Of a DNA stretch of 44,453 nucleotides, positions 12,693-23,774 are shown in pieces. The notes under the pieces were generated by a model, which did not search any database, had not been told where the DNA came from, and was given only the letters and a program-made list of their open reading frames with translations. Position numbers and translations under genes: made by a program. Source of the stretch: Diploschistes diacapsis. Its lineage: Eukaryota. Location: positions 1 through 44,453 of the forward strand of contig JALAIB010000031.1 in the NCBI GenBank assembly GCA_023645945.1, given 5' to 3'. Every line of letters starts with the position of its first letter. Within the stretch, counting starts at the first letter, position 1.

Positions 12693-13824
12693 TGAGCTTA
12701 GATTAGCGGGGATGCTCTTTGATTCTGTTATTACGTGCGAAAGTGATTATACGAAGATGCATTCTTTCCCGAAGGCCTCTTCCCTGATAGCAAAGCAAAG
12801 GAGACGCTTCCCTATATGTCAGATGTTTGTCATAACAGGTAAAGTTAGGTGTTTGAGATTCATTTCTTCGCCGAGTTTGTGTGCCCTTACTTTACAGCTT
12901 ATAGTTCATATGCACCTTCCTCCAAAGGAATCCCCTGGCCGTTTCTCGGTCAAAGCGCTTCGACCACCTTATTTTATACTCAAATCAGCGTTCCTGACGC
13001 TTTAGGTTCAACATGTTGATATTTCCTTTTATACCTGTACATTCTTATAACTCGAGTCGATCATTCTCTGTTTGTCTTTTATTCAGGGTCAATAGATTTA
13101 GTGATTATCTATACGAGATGCTTGGATGAACTCAGTTTTCTGGCTCAGCGCATCAACCACATTAGGATAACTGGAGCCCAAAATCAGTCTTCGAGCTCAT
13201 GGGCTCCCTTAGGCGCAATCAAAAATCCTCGCTAGGATTGAACCTTCCTTTCTGAAGGTTAAGCACAACGCTACGACAGTGCGCAACTTGAACTCAATAT
13301 CCATTGGACCTATAGTTCGACGAAGGTGACGCCGTGACGGCCTAGTGAGCGAAGCGATATACTTTATTAATTCTTAAGATGAAGGCTGCGGATATCTGTA
13401 AGACTACCTCTCCTATCCTTAGGTCACGTGGCCACCTGATTTCAATAAGAGCTTGAAGGACAGGGGACGGTAAGTCTGGGAAAGAGCTCAGGCGATGGGT
13501 GGCCTGTGCGAACTAAGGTGAGCAGAGGGGATGAGTTTGAAGCACATCAACTGAGGTTCTGAGCTCCGAAGGCCTACTTTTTCACATGATCACAATAATC
13601 TCGGATCTTGAAGCACTCCATCCAGTTGCATTGATCTCGGGATACTATTTCGACCGAACGCGGCCTTGGTTGGCAGAAACTAGGCGAAGTAAAGGTTCCA
13701 CAGCCCCAATACTCCTTTCCGACTTGTCCGGAAAATTGATTACAGAGCACGCTCGCGAGAACAACCACCCTCCTTCCCGTCCTCTCCAAACCCCTTACCC
13801 CTTTCTCTAAACCCTAGTCTTCAC

Positions 13825-14189
13825 TCAAGGATCACAAGTATATTCATTATCGCTAATGCAGTAACACCCCGCCGCCATCTCCGTGTCTCCGCACGGCCCC
13901 GCCGTGAACGTGCAGCACCTAGGGTCGCCGTTCGGCTGAGTGCCGCAAGTGACTGCTCCGGGTGGGCAGGGAATTACTTGGCGCTTCACGCTGGGCGGTG
14001 GAGAGCAGCATTTGGGCTCGAGCTCGGTGCCGCAGCCTGCTGCTGGTTAGGAGGAAGATATCATGTCTGGGAGGGAGATGTACCGAAGGTGGGTGGGATG
14101 CAAACGGGACCGGGGCCACGCTTCTCGAGCGGAGAGGCGAAGGTGCCGAGGGCGGAGAGGAGGCATGCTAGTGCGATGACTGACTTCAT
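13825..14189 (-). CDS. Small secreted cysteine-rich precursor (105 aa) with two Kex2-type KR sites, 2 exons (14189-14084, 14036-13825)
   Basis: Spliced translation: MKSVIALACLLSALGTFASPLEKRGPGPVCIPPTFGCGTELEPKCCSPPPSVKRQVIPCPPGAVTCGTQPNGDPRCCTFTAGPCGDTEMAAGCYCISDNEYTCDP*. Intron 14037-14083 reads GTACAT..CTAAC..CAG. It has a hydrophobic signal peptide, 12 Cys in the mature region and an upstream TATAAA. Confidence 0.85.
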
Positions 14190-14315
14190 GTTGGCTGATG
14201 GCTCGCGAGGCGAATATTAAGTCTATTTGATGAATTTGAATGAAGGCCTCGATGTCTTGAAGAGAGAGCGAGATGGGCGTGACGGGAGAGGATTGGAGAG
14301 GACGGGTTCCCCATC

Positions 14316-14321
14316 TTTATA
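14316..14321 (-). promoter_or_regulatory. Candidate TATA box of the small secreted peptide gene
   Basis: Minus-strand GAGTATAAAGATGG lies about 127 nt upstream of the ATG at 14189 and is followed by a CT-rich tract typical of fungal core promoters. Confidence 0.5.
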
Positions 14322-15039
14322 CTCGAGCTGCACAGCCCTTGGACGATGAAAGTACGACTTGCGGTAGGATAGGAAAGTCCAGCTCGATGTTCTCGTACGC
14401 TTTGTACGTAATGGCTCAGAGAGTTTTTCGTTTCCACATGAGGCCAAGCAAACGAGCTTCGCTGGATCGCACTCATAACGTGGCAGACGTGGCTAACTGT
14501 AAGCTTCTGCCGCGTCTTCTACCCCGAGCCAATCTCCTCTGAAGCTCTCCTGGCCCAACCGGAATACCCAATTCGTAGACCGATCCGAATTGAAGGTAAC
14601 TCAGCATAAGCTTAGTGTATGAAAAACTTCTTCAAAGCTGGATTGAGTCGTCCCGCGTGCGGCATCTAGCTGTACATTTCCCGTGCCTTTAGATCGCCAC
14701 GTGCGACGGTGCGAGGGGAGCACGAGGCTATGCAGCTAAAGAGCGCAGAGATGGTTGAACGATGTGGCTAAAAGCTGACAACGGCTGGTGACGGCCCCCC
14801 GAACCCAGGATTGCGGTAATGGGCCAAACCCGGTAAGATGTTGCCGAACGGAATGTTCGCCGATTTAGTCACAGAAACTCGAAGGCTCGAAATCTTACTG
14901 TTGGCCCTGGTTCAAACGAGTTGATTGGGAAAGGGATTTAGCTTTTTGCAACCCGTCCGTGCCGTACTGTAGGTTTCTCGGGCTTCTTTCCGTAAGGCTC
15001 TGATAAAGTTTCCGCGAGAGTCCGACATCGTCGTTGGTG

Positions 15040-16450
15040 ATATCAACTTATAGCGTCGAAGAAATTGCAGTTTGTCTGCTGATGATCTCTGATCCAGATC
15101 GGGGTCTTCAACTACAAAAGCGCTGGAGAGTAGTATTCCAAGACGCGGTGTGTTGCTCGTGTATGCCCAAATGAGAGGAGTAACGACAGTATATTCGAAA
15201 TTGCACCTGCCTGGATGGATTAGCCCATATCATTTCCCGTCACTGGGGCTCACGTATGGAACCTGTCTTCCTGCCATGTCCACGAAAATTCGAATATATC
15301 CTCGGTATGTGCGTAGGTTTCCAATGGACTTAATTTTCAACCCCGTCGAGGCACCTTGTCAGATGGGCACGCTAATGGCCTCATCTCGTTCATGCGCTAA
15401 TCCATTCAGAGTTGCCTAGCCTTCAGCTTATTAGCCAAGGCATTGTTCGACTTATTACTTCCTTCTTTATGAATTCGAGCCTCAGACTGCTAATGCACCG
15501 CGTAATATCACGCTCATAGCCCGGCCTCTTCTTTGCCATAATCAGCCGGATCAATATGACGCCGATTGATAGCCCAGTTCAGAATGACTACCATCTCTTT
15601 TCCTCAATGAGTCTGTAGCCACACCTGTACTGTCCATCCACTAGCGTTGCTCAATGATTCGACTGATTGCAATGGAAGGATGCAGAGCTAGTTCGCAGAT
15701 GAAACATTGCCCAGGTAAGCTTGTGGAAGTATGGAGAACTCCTGATCCGCGGTATGTGCCCAAAGAGTCCTCGTGCAGTAGCGAAAGTCAACTGATCATG
15801 TGGATGCATTCATTGCGTTTTGTGAGAATGGCCTGGACATTTCTTAGTCTTCTTGCTTGGAAATATACCGGGCAGTCTGACACCTAGTGCTCAATAGTCT
15901 AAGAAGAAGAAGTCGTGAAAGTGGAAGACTGCGTTACCTAAGTAAGACTCAACATGAGGCCAGAAACCCAGACAGCGGAAGAACAAGAGCAAGCATAAGG
16001 TCCTCGAAGCATTGTTGCAGATGGTCAGCGTATAAGCGCTCTCCGTTCCCGGCATGGATGGTTCCGAGAAGCTCATCCGGCAGGATTTAGTGGACGATCA
16101 ACATAGGTGAATCGAGCGTGGCTCCTTTGCTGCATATACATCAGTTCTACCAAAGATCAGACGTGGATGTCTGGCCGTCAGCTTTGAAATTATCTTTTCT
16201 TGCACATGTCATTGAATCTTTTTGATTAGAATGAGCAGCTCAAGCTATGGTCCATTGCTGGAATCAGCATATGCTTTATCAGGCTGATAGGCGTACCTCG
16301 AAGAAACATTAGCAGCTGCTCAGATATACAGGAGGAACATGAGCACCCATTGTTGATAGAGCGGTGCCAGCCTCAAGAGATCGATCAAGAACGCAACTCA
16401 TCTTCGGTGATACGCAGTTGAGCACGGCTGGTCGAGCATCCCATAGTCCA
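15040..16450 (+). pseudogene. Possible degraded coding remnant with an ankyrin-like fragment
   Basis: Protein-like stretches broken by stops, e.g. KHKVLEALLQMVSV*ALSVPGMDGSEKLIRQDL and, at ~16291-16446, AYLEETLAAAQ..**SGASLKRSIKNATHLR*YAVEHGWSSIP*, which resembles the ankyrin TPLHYAxxxG pattern. No intact model could be built. Confidence 0.25.
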
Positions 16451-16688
16451 CAAGGGCTGCCAAAAGAAAATAAGTCCCGTTCCCACCTCACTAATGGCTT
16501 CGTGTCGTTCACTTATGCTGAAAAGCTGCGAAACGAGTGAATTCGCATTCGCGAGGCTGTTTTTAAGCCTCTCCAGGGGCCCGGTCTTGGGTCTTCAATG
16601 CAAATATTTAAGAGTATGTTCCATTCTCTCCAATGCGAGACTCCGAAGCGATCTAGCACAAAGACAGCGACAGCTATCAACCGGCAGG

Positions 16689-18400
16689 ATGAGAGGGATG
16701 CGTGTCGAAGAGTCCGACACTATTCCCAGGCCCATAGAGGCGCACTTTGAGCGGCTGGGCTGGAGGAGCAAGGCAGATCGAAAGTGGCTATGGCTCGCCA
16801 TGAAAGAATGGGTTCTGAAGCGTGGCCACGCCTACCGAAAGTATCTCGTGGCAGAGAACGTGAAAGAGCATTTCGCGGCATTCTTCACGACGGTGTATGC
16901 AATACGGTTCCTTACGGAGATGAGAAGCAAGCGGAATCCGCAGGTCAATATGGCGAAGCCTTTTGGGAAGGAGATGACCGAAGAGTAAGTTGCTATTTGC
17001 GGTTGATCGTCTGTTGGATGCGGACTGATGGTATGATACAGACTCAGACACATTCATAAACCGCTGGAGAAAGCCCTTCTTTGTTTCACCGCATACTTTC
17101 GGGGACGGAAGGATGGACAGGCTACCATGGCCCGCATGCAATCGCTGATGGTAAGTTTGTTCGCGCGAAGTAGGCTACAAGACTGACATTTGCAGGAGGC
17201 AAGAGAGAAGCCGATATCTGGAGCTTCAACTTCAAGGGCTCAAAGCCAGGGAATTATCCCGGAGGTTAAACCAGGATCCATTGTTATAAACCTTGTCGAT
17301 GACGATAGCGAAAATGAAGAACCATTGATGCACCGTTATCAAGTCAAAAGGTCTAGTGAGAACGGCCGCCTAGAGAGCCCAAGCGCACCGGAATCCAGAG
17401 CATCCAGAGTATCCAACAATATGGAAGACACATTTAGGCCAGAAGAATTGCTGGCCACGTCCCATGGCTCCCAACGGAAGCATAACTTGAGGAAGAGCCC
17501 TGCAACTCGTAAAATAATCTCTGGCGGCGTGGTAAGTTATTCCCATACTTGTTTTACCGGGATATATAATTGAACATATCAGGACCTGTGGAAGAACACA
17601 GGCATGATGGATTCAGACGAGATCGTGTCTGTCAAAGCATTTAGCAGAATAACAACAGAGCCTGGTAAGATATTACTACCTTTAACTATCCTACCCATTC
17701 ACCGAGATCTGAACATGTAATAGCCCTGCAGTCACAGCACAGAGTAGCTCCGAAAGTTTCCCCTTTCGACATCGCAGAATTGAACCGGGCGGCTTCCCTT
17801 CCCACACGAGCTACTGCACCGATGCCGCCTAGCATCCCTGCAGAAATTTGCAACCCAACTGCGCCATTTTCGTCCATAAAGAGTACCTCGACTGCATCAA
17901 CTCCCTCTGCAAAGAACCCCCCCAATACACCAGTCTCCCTCTCTTTCTTACAAGCAAGAGCTAGCATCAAGCCCGAAACCTACAACTCTCAGGCTTGCAA
18001 GACACCCCCAGCGACTCCATTAAGCTTCACTTCGCGCCCCTTGCCCACCCTCCCCGATCCCGAATTCAGCGCAGAGTGCCGCATCTCATACCCCTCAGGT
18101 GCTCAATACACCGGCGTTCTTGACAGCGCTCTCTTCGACGCTATCGCAGCCGACCTCAACCTCGATAGCGAAGACGTCTCAAGAGTCCGAGTCACGCTGC
18201 AGAACCCGCCGCCCGCGCTTCGAGAAGAGTACCACACGCGTGTCATTCTTAGAAGCGAGGCTGGTGAGATGGGTAAGATCTTAAGGGAAATGGTGGAGCG
18301 CGCGGCAAGGAAGTTGTCGCTTCTGACGATCAAAAGGGAAGAGGGTACGAGGATGGTATATGTCATTGAGGACGTGCCGCCAGTTGTGAGGGGTATTTGA
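16689..18400 (+). CDS. Hypothetical protein, 5 exons (16689-16984, 17042-17150, 17196-17531, 17583-17664, 17724-18400); no recognisable domain
   Basis: Four GTAAG-donor introns (16985-17041, 17151-17195, 17532-17582, 17665-17723) splice into one continuous frame ending at TGA 18400. Helical-looking N- and C-terminal parts flank a Ser/Pro/Thr-rich middle. The start codon is uncertain. Confidence 0.7.
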
Positions 18401-18864
18401 AAGGAGGAAATGGAAGGCGAGGAAAGGAGTTGTTGAGCCGAGGGAAGTGAGGGTGATGGGTCGGTGAGTGATATGCATAGGAAAAAGGCAGTGCTGGAAG
18501 GTTGGGGGAAGTCGAAGGCGAAGGCGAAAGCGTAATACTGGTATCGTCAGAACATAGTAGAAAATCTCCGCGGGATAGCTGCCGTAATCATCAACCATGT
18601 GCCTCAAGACACCCTGCGACGCTCATATGCATCCCTTTCCCGAACAAAAGAGTATTTACTTAGAATGGAAGGAAGAAAGCCTTTATGGATATGACCTACG
18701 ATAGCCCCGGCCGTTAGGGCAAGTATAGAGCAACAGGTCAATCAGCCCCAAGGGTAAGATCCGACGTTCCAGCGGAGTACCCTGATGCGTATATGCATAT
18801 ACGTTTCCAGAATTAGCTCACCTCCAAGTTCCCCATCTGCTTAGAATATCCAATCTGTGCTTGA

Positions 18865-21118
18865 TCATTTCGCCGCCGCGGCAGTAGCCCGCCCCTCGCT
18901 GTAAACAGGCAGCGGCTGCCCATCAAGTCAGCCTTGATCGACAGAGCCACGAATCTTGCACAGAACCTCACCAGCCCAATGGGTCCGCGCATGAACCACA
19001 AAGCCTCATCTACCAAAGCCATTAGCCATTCGACCCAAACCCAAAGCACTCATCCCGCCTTCGCACCAAAACTCACGTCCAGAAGGCTTGTAGGCGCCCG
19101 AATCTCGCCCTCGGTATCGATGCCCCAGTAGTCCTCCACCTGTGTGGCAACCTCCTCGCCGCACAGCTCCGCCGTCATCTCCTTGGCATCGTTGCGGAAT
19201 CCCGTGGCGAAGACAACGACGTCGGCCTCGAGCTCGGAGCCGTTATCGAAGAGGAGGCTCTTGGGCGAAAAAGCTACCAGGCCTGCGTCGGGCTTGACCG
19301 CGGCTTTGCCGTCGTAGATGTTGGCCATGTTGGCGACGTCGATGTAGTGCCCGCCGAGCCGTTCGTGCGTGCCGTGGATGTATTCGAGCATGTTGGAGTA
19401 TTGCGCGACTTTGAAGTCTGTGCGCCGGATGGCGTCGTAGTAGGCGTTGTCGCGGGTCGCGATGTCGTCCATGGCGCGCTTGGCGATCTGGCAGATTGCG
19501 GCCTGCGGCTGGGTGAAGCTTAGTCTGTCGGCGGTGGCGGTGGGTATATTCATGTTCCATGGGGCTGGTCGGATGTCAGTTGCGTTGGTGCTGACGTGGC
19601 CTCTCTGCACGTACTTTGAGATGTCTCGAAGACGTGCTGGAGTGGGGAAACGTCCAGCGTAGATTCAGTGATATTGTATGAAGTCTGAGCGGCAAAGAAC
19701 TTACAAGTACTGTTTCGCTGTACCATTGACGGAATCGAGACCTGCTTCTACCATGTCGTTCGCGACGTCGTGCGCTTCGCTAATCAGCAGCGCTTCCCAG
19801 GGTCTAGTAGAGCTTCCATACCCGGTATTTGCTGTCCCAACCACGACACCCTTGAGACCTCCATTCGCTAGCATTTTGTATTCGACAGCGTGCATTGCTC
19901 TTCCCTGGTACGACTCCTAGACCGGTTGGAACAAAACAGCTATTGCGGTAGATGCGGGCAATGCGTACAGAGTTCGAAAGTTTAGGCATTGAAAGCGTTT
20001 GTAGAGCTAATCCATTCGCAAGAACCACGTGTCGAGCCCTGATTTCTGTACATGTGCCTTGGCTCGTGGTTTGAATTGTCCACTCATGCTTGTCCGTATT
20101 CCACGCCATCTTTTCTACTCGTCGATAACCTTACCTTCTGTTCTCACCAAACATCAGTTTTCCAACCATTGAGCATTAAGATCATCTTCGCGTACCATAC
20201 CATACTTTTGGACATATCTTCGGTATGCTGCAGCAAGGTCCTTACTAGTTAGCAACTCGGGGTTTTCCTCTAGGAAAGACCTATCGAAAGGGAGGTGTCC
20301 TGCTGCAATTAGTCCTACTGAGGCAACAGCATAACGCTGTCATGCTTACATAGTTCTTTGCTGTATGCACTACAAGACCATCAGCCTGGACCCTCGGCAA
20401 AAGCTTCGTGAAACCAACATACACTTTGCAGAGTCATAGCGTGGATAGCCAATTATTACCGATCTGTAAGTGAGCCTCGAGAATCACATTTTAAATGCTC
20501 AACGCATCCAGACAACTAGTTGTGGAGAGACCAGCCTGGCAAGTCAAAGAAGCCATCTTGTTCAGTACTGTTGAACCCGTTCGCGTTGCCGTGGCCGTTC
20601 GTGAGATTACTACTCTTTTCTATAGGCCGAAGAACGTTAACGCTCGGAAAGCCTCTAAAGCCCTCTAACATTGTACGAAGGACCCATATCTTCCAATCTC
20701 CGCCTGAATCTGGCACAATAGACAAAAGGACACGGCCTGTTGCCAGCACATCTCCAACCATTCCAAATTCGAATTGGGCTTGGATCCAAGCATGAGAAGC
20801 CGGATTGCCAAATTCGAGCCGTTGGAACGCTCCAGGGACCAGCCTGAAGCTGTGAGGGCTCTTCAAGAGGGATAGCTTTTCTCGCCTTTTCTTTATCGAG
20901 GAGATGCCATAGAAAGTTCGTAGTGTTCCTGTGAAAGCGTAGGTATCGCGCCATATAGCATTGCTCGCCAACACATCACCTTCTGTCAAACCTCCAAGCT
21001 TTTCTCCACATGCCGTTGCAACAGATTCAAGGTCAAGATCTCCTGGTAGATTTGCAGGCGGTAAACTTGCGGGAAGAGATCCATAGTTGCCGGTAGGCGA
21101 CTTACCAACGGTGCTCAT
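18865..21118 (-). pseudogene. Flavin-containing monooxygenase (FMO/YUCCA-like, fungal type) pseudogene
   Basis: Family motifs WRDTYAFTGTLRTF, WKIWVLRTMLE, QAGLST, IGNNW..YDSAK, VVVGTANT, AHDVA, ADVVVFATGF, YWGIDTEGEIR and FVALSIKADL. Lesions: GxGxxG region deleted with a frameshift near 20542, in-frame TAA at 20491-20493, and further frameshifts near 20443, 19098 and 18915. Confidence 0.8.
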
Positions 21119-21767
21119 GACAGCACTATATCCGCAGAAGTTTTGTGACGGAAGACACTAAAGAAAAAAAGCCGTGAAAGTAGGGGTGGATCGCACTAGA
21201 ACAGTATGTTTGATACAGGAATATCCTGAAGTACGAATTGACTTTAACAGACCTCCAAAAAACAGATAGAGCCCGCACAAGATGCATGATCACACTGTTG
21301 TAAAAGCCCTCTAAAGGCACGAAAGCACTCTCGAAGCTCATCACACCAAACATTTCACCAACCGATTCATCATATCAACATCAATGCGGACTTGCTATGA
21401 TCAATCCCTGCAGCGAAATGCGGACGCCTTGCATGCGCTTAAGAAAGCTTAAGATTCGAAGCATAGCAGAGTTAGTCTCTTGTTATGATCAGTAATCGAC
21501 GCCACGATGTGTGCGGGTGTAGATACAGAAATCATTGTGTATACCGAGGAATCTGGTTCACTCGTTCGATCTTATTACGATACTTCTACCTTATGCTATT
21601 GAGAGGCGCCAAAAGCATAGGAGTCAGTAGCATCTACGGTCATGCCACAGCTCTTCTATGCTTCGTTTCCTGTAGAAGCTCTCTCGCACATCAGTAGGCT
21701 CAGTCTCTTTCGTACTGACATCGCTGACCGTCTAGGAAAAGCGATCTAGTTAGTCTTATGTTCCTTC

Positions 21768-23063
21768 CTATCTTTCGGCCACGCCCCTCACGGTTCGGAA
21801 TTGCTCGTCCTCCCTGACCAGAACCGACCGATTTAGATGCTTTTTATCCACACTCGGAATGCCGGCCAGATGTAACGTCAGGTCCAGCTCACCAACCAGT
21901 GCCTTGAGCACATGCTGCACACCCTCTTCGCCTCCCAAAGCAAGGCCATAAACGTACGGTCGGCCAATAAGCACACAATCAGCACCTAGAGCGAGTGCCT
22001 TTGCGATGTCCGCGCCACATCGAATGCCGCTGTCGAAGAAGATTGTGAGCATATCCCCCACTGCATCGACAATATGCGGCAGAACGCCTAAGCTGCTCGT
22101 TCCACCGTCTTGCTGCCTGCCCCCATGATTGCTGACCACAATACCCTGAACCCCAATCTCAACGCATTTCTTTGCATCTTCGACACTTTGAATGCCCTTC
22201 AATACGATTGGACCGTCCCACTCCTGCTGCAGAAACTTCACGTCTTCCCAACCGTGACTAAAACCACAGAATACGGTCCGAGTCCATTCAGCAGCGGCGG
22301 CAGCTTTGTCTTCTTCGAGCTCTTTGCCATGCTTGTCCTTGAACTGCTGACGGAATACTGGGTCCGTGAATCCAGCCTCGACCCCAATATTGTCGGCTCG
22401 GAGGAACGGGTTGTAGCCATTGTCCATGTCCGAAGGTCGCCAACCAAGAATGTACGTGTCTAATGTGACGAAGAGCGTGGTATAACCAGCTGCCTTCGCC
22501 CGCCGCAGCAGAGATGCCGTGATGTGGTCGTTCTCGTTAGCAGGCCAGTACAACTGGAACCAGCGTCGGCCATCGCCATTAGCTTTGGCAACCGTTTCTA
22601 TGCTAGCACTGGCTGCCGTACTCAGAATATACGGTATGCCCTCGCGAGCGGCTGCTCGGGCGACTGCTTCTTCGCCATCCGGATTGAAGATGCGCTGCAC
22701 ACCGACCGGAGCAATGGCAACTGGGGATGCTAGCTCCTCGCCGAAGACACGCATGTCAAGCTTGGGAAAGCTCTCCGTCTTGACCATTCGGCGCGGCACG
22801 ATCGACCAGCGTCTGAAAGCCTCCCGATTCTTGTCCGAGGTCTCACGCATGCCCGCGGACCCATAGACGTAGGCTTTTGACTCTGATGATAGCCGATCCA
22901 GGGCTAACTCCTCCCATTTGCCGGATTGAAAGGTGAATGGAGGGCGCTCGTATCGTAGGCCGTTTTCGAATACCTGCTTCTCATACGCAACACCTTTTGC
23001 GCCGGGGTCTGGATGCTCCGACATCTTGGGCCGCGAGGGCGCATAAGTAATGTTGTCTGACAT
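21768..23063 (-). CDS. FMN-dependent alpha-hydroxy acid oxidase/dehydrogenase (lactate 2-monooxygenase-like), intronless, 431 aa
   Basis: Motifs IAPVGV, WFQLYW, VTLDT, IVLKGIQS, VVSNHGGRQ (catalytic His/Arg), DSGIRCGADIAKALALGA and IGRPYVYGL. Confidence 0.93.
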   Translation of the reverse strand: MSDNITYAPSRPKMSEHPDPGAKGVAYEKQVFENGLRYERPPFTFQSGKWEELALDRLSSESKAYVYGSAGMRETSDKNREAFRRWSIVPRRMVKTESFPKLDMRVFGEELASPVAIAPVGVQRIFNPDGEEAVARAAAREGIPYILSTAASASIETVAKANGDGRRWFQLYWPANENDHITASLLRRAKAAGYTTLFVTLDTYILGWRPSDMDNGYNPFLRADNIGVEAGFTDPVFRQQFKDKHGKELEEDKAAAAAEWTRTVFCGFSHGWEDVKFLQQEWDGPIVLKGIQSVEDAKKCVEIGVQGIVVSNHGGRQQDGGTSSLGVLPHIVDAVGDMLTIFFDSGIRCGADIAKALALGADCVLIGRPYVYGLALGGEEGVQHVLKALVGELDLTLHLAGIPSVDKKHLNRSVLVREDEQFRTVRGVAER

Positions 23064-23774
23064 GGTGAAAAGTGTCCTTTATAACTGACCCAACAGTGTC
23101 CTCGGATTTGACCTGTTTTGCCCTTTCTCTTTCTCGTTGTTGTGCGTAAGGTGCTGCTTCAGTACTCTAAACTGGCTTTGGGATTGAGAAAGACAATGCT
23201 GGTTGGAAGGTCGGATGAAAGGTATGAGCCCGAACTATTGAAACTCTCTTTCCTAGCTTTTAACACAGTTTGACATCCAAGGTCTCAGCATTACCTGGTT
23301 TTCTTATGAGAACTCTATTTCAATGCCCATACCAGTGCGGGGATAGCATGAAGCCGATGATATCATTTTGATGCTTATTATTACAGCTCTACGGGTCAAC
23401 CCTTGAGAGAGAAGACGAGCAATGGGATAGCGCTTAACCAGATCTCCCAGTCTTTGGCTCTGACTCTTGATGTATCGTCTGCTGATTGCTAGTCCCAATG
23501 CCCAGTAGGAATGCAGCAGTAGTAGTAGTGTTGTTGCTACTTTTCATGCGACGTACGGAGGACAGCCACTATTTGGCTCGCTTTAAATGCTGAGGGGTGG
23601 TTGTAATCCGATGGTACAGTACTGAAGTATGGGAACGTTTATATACAACCTTGAACACCCAGCAGCATCCTCAATCGCGCTCACATCAAACAAGACCAAA
23701 CCATCTTTTTTCAAACCGAACTTCCACTCGCTCTCTTAAGCCGCAACCAGCAACTCGCGTCGTCCTCCACCACG

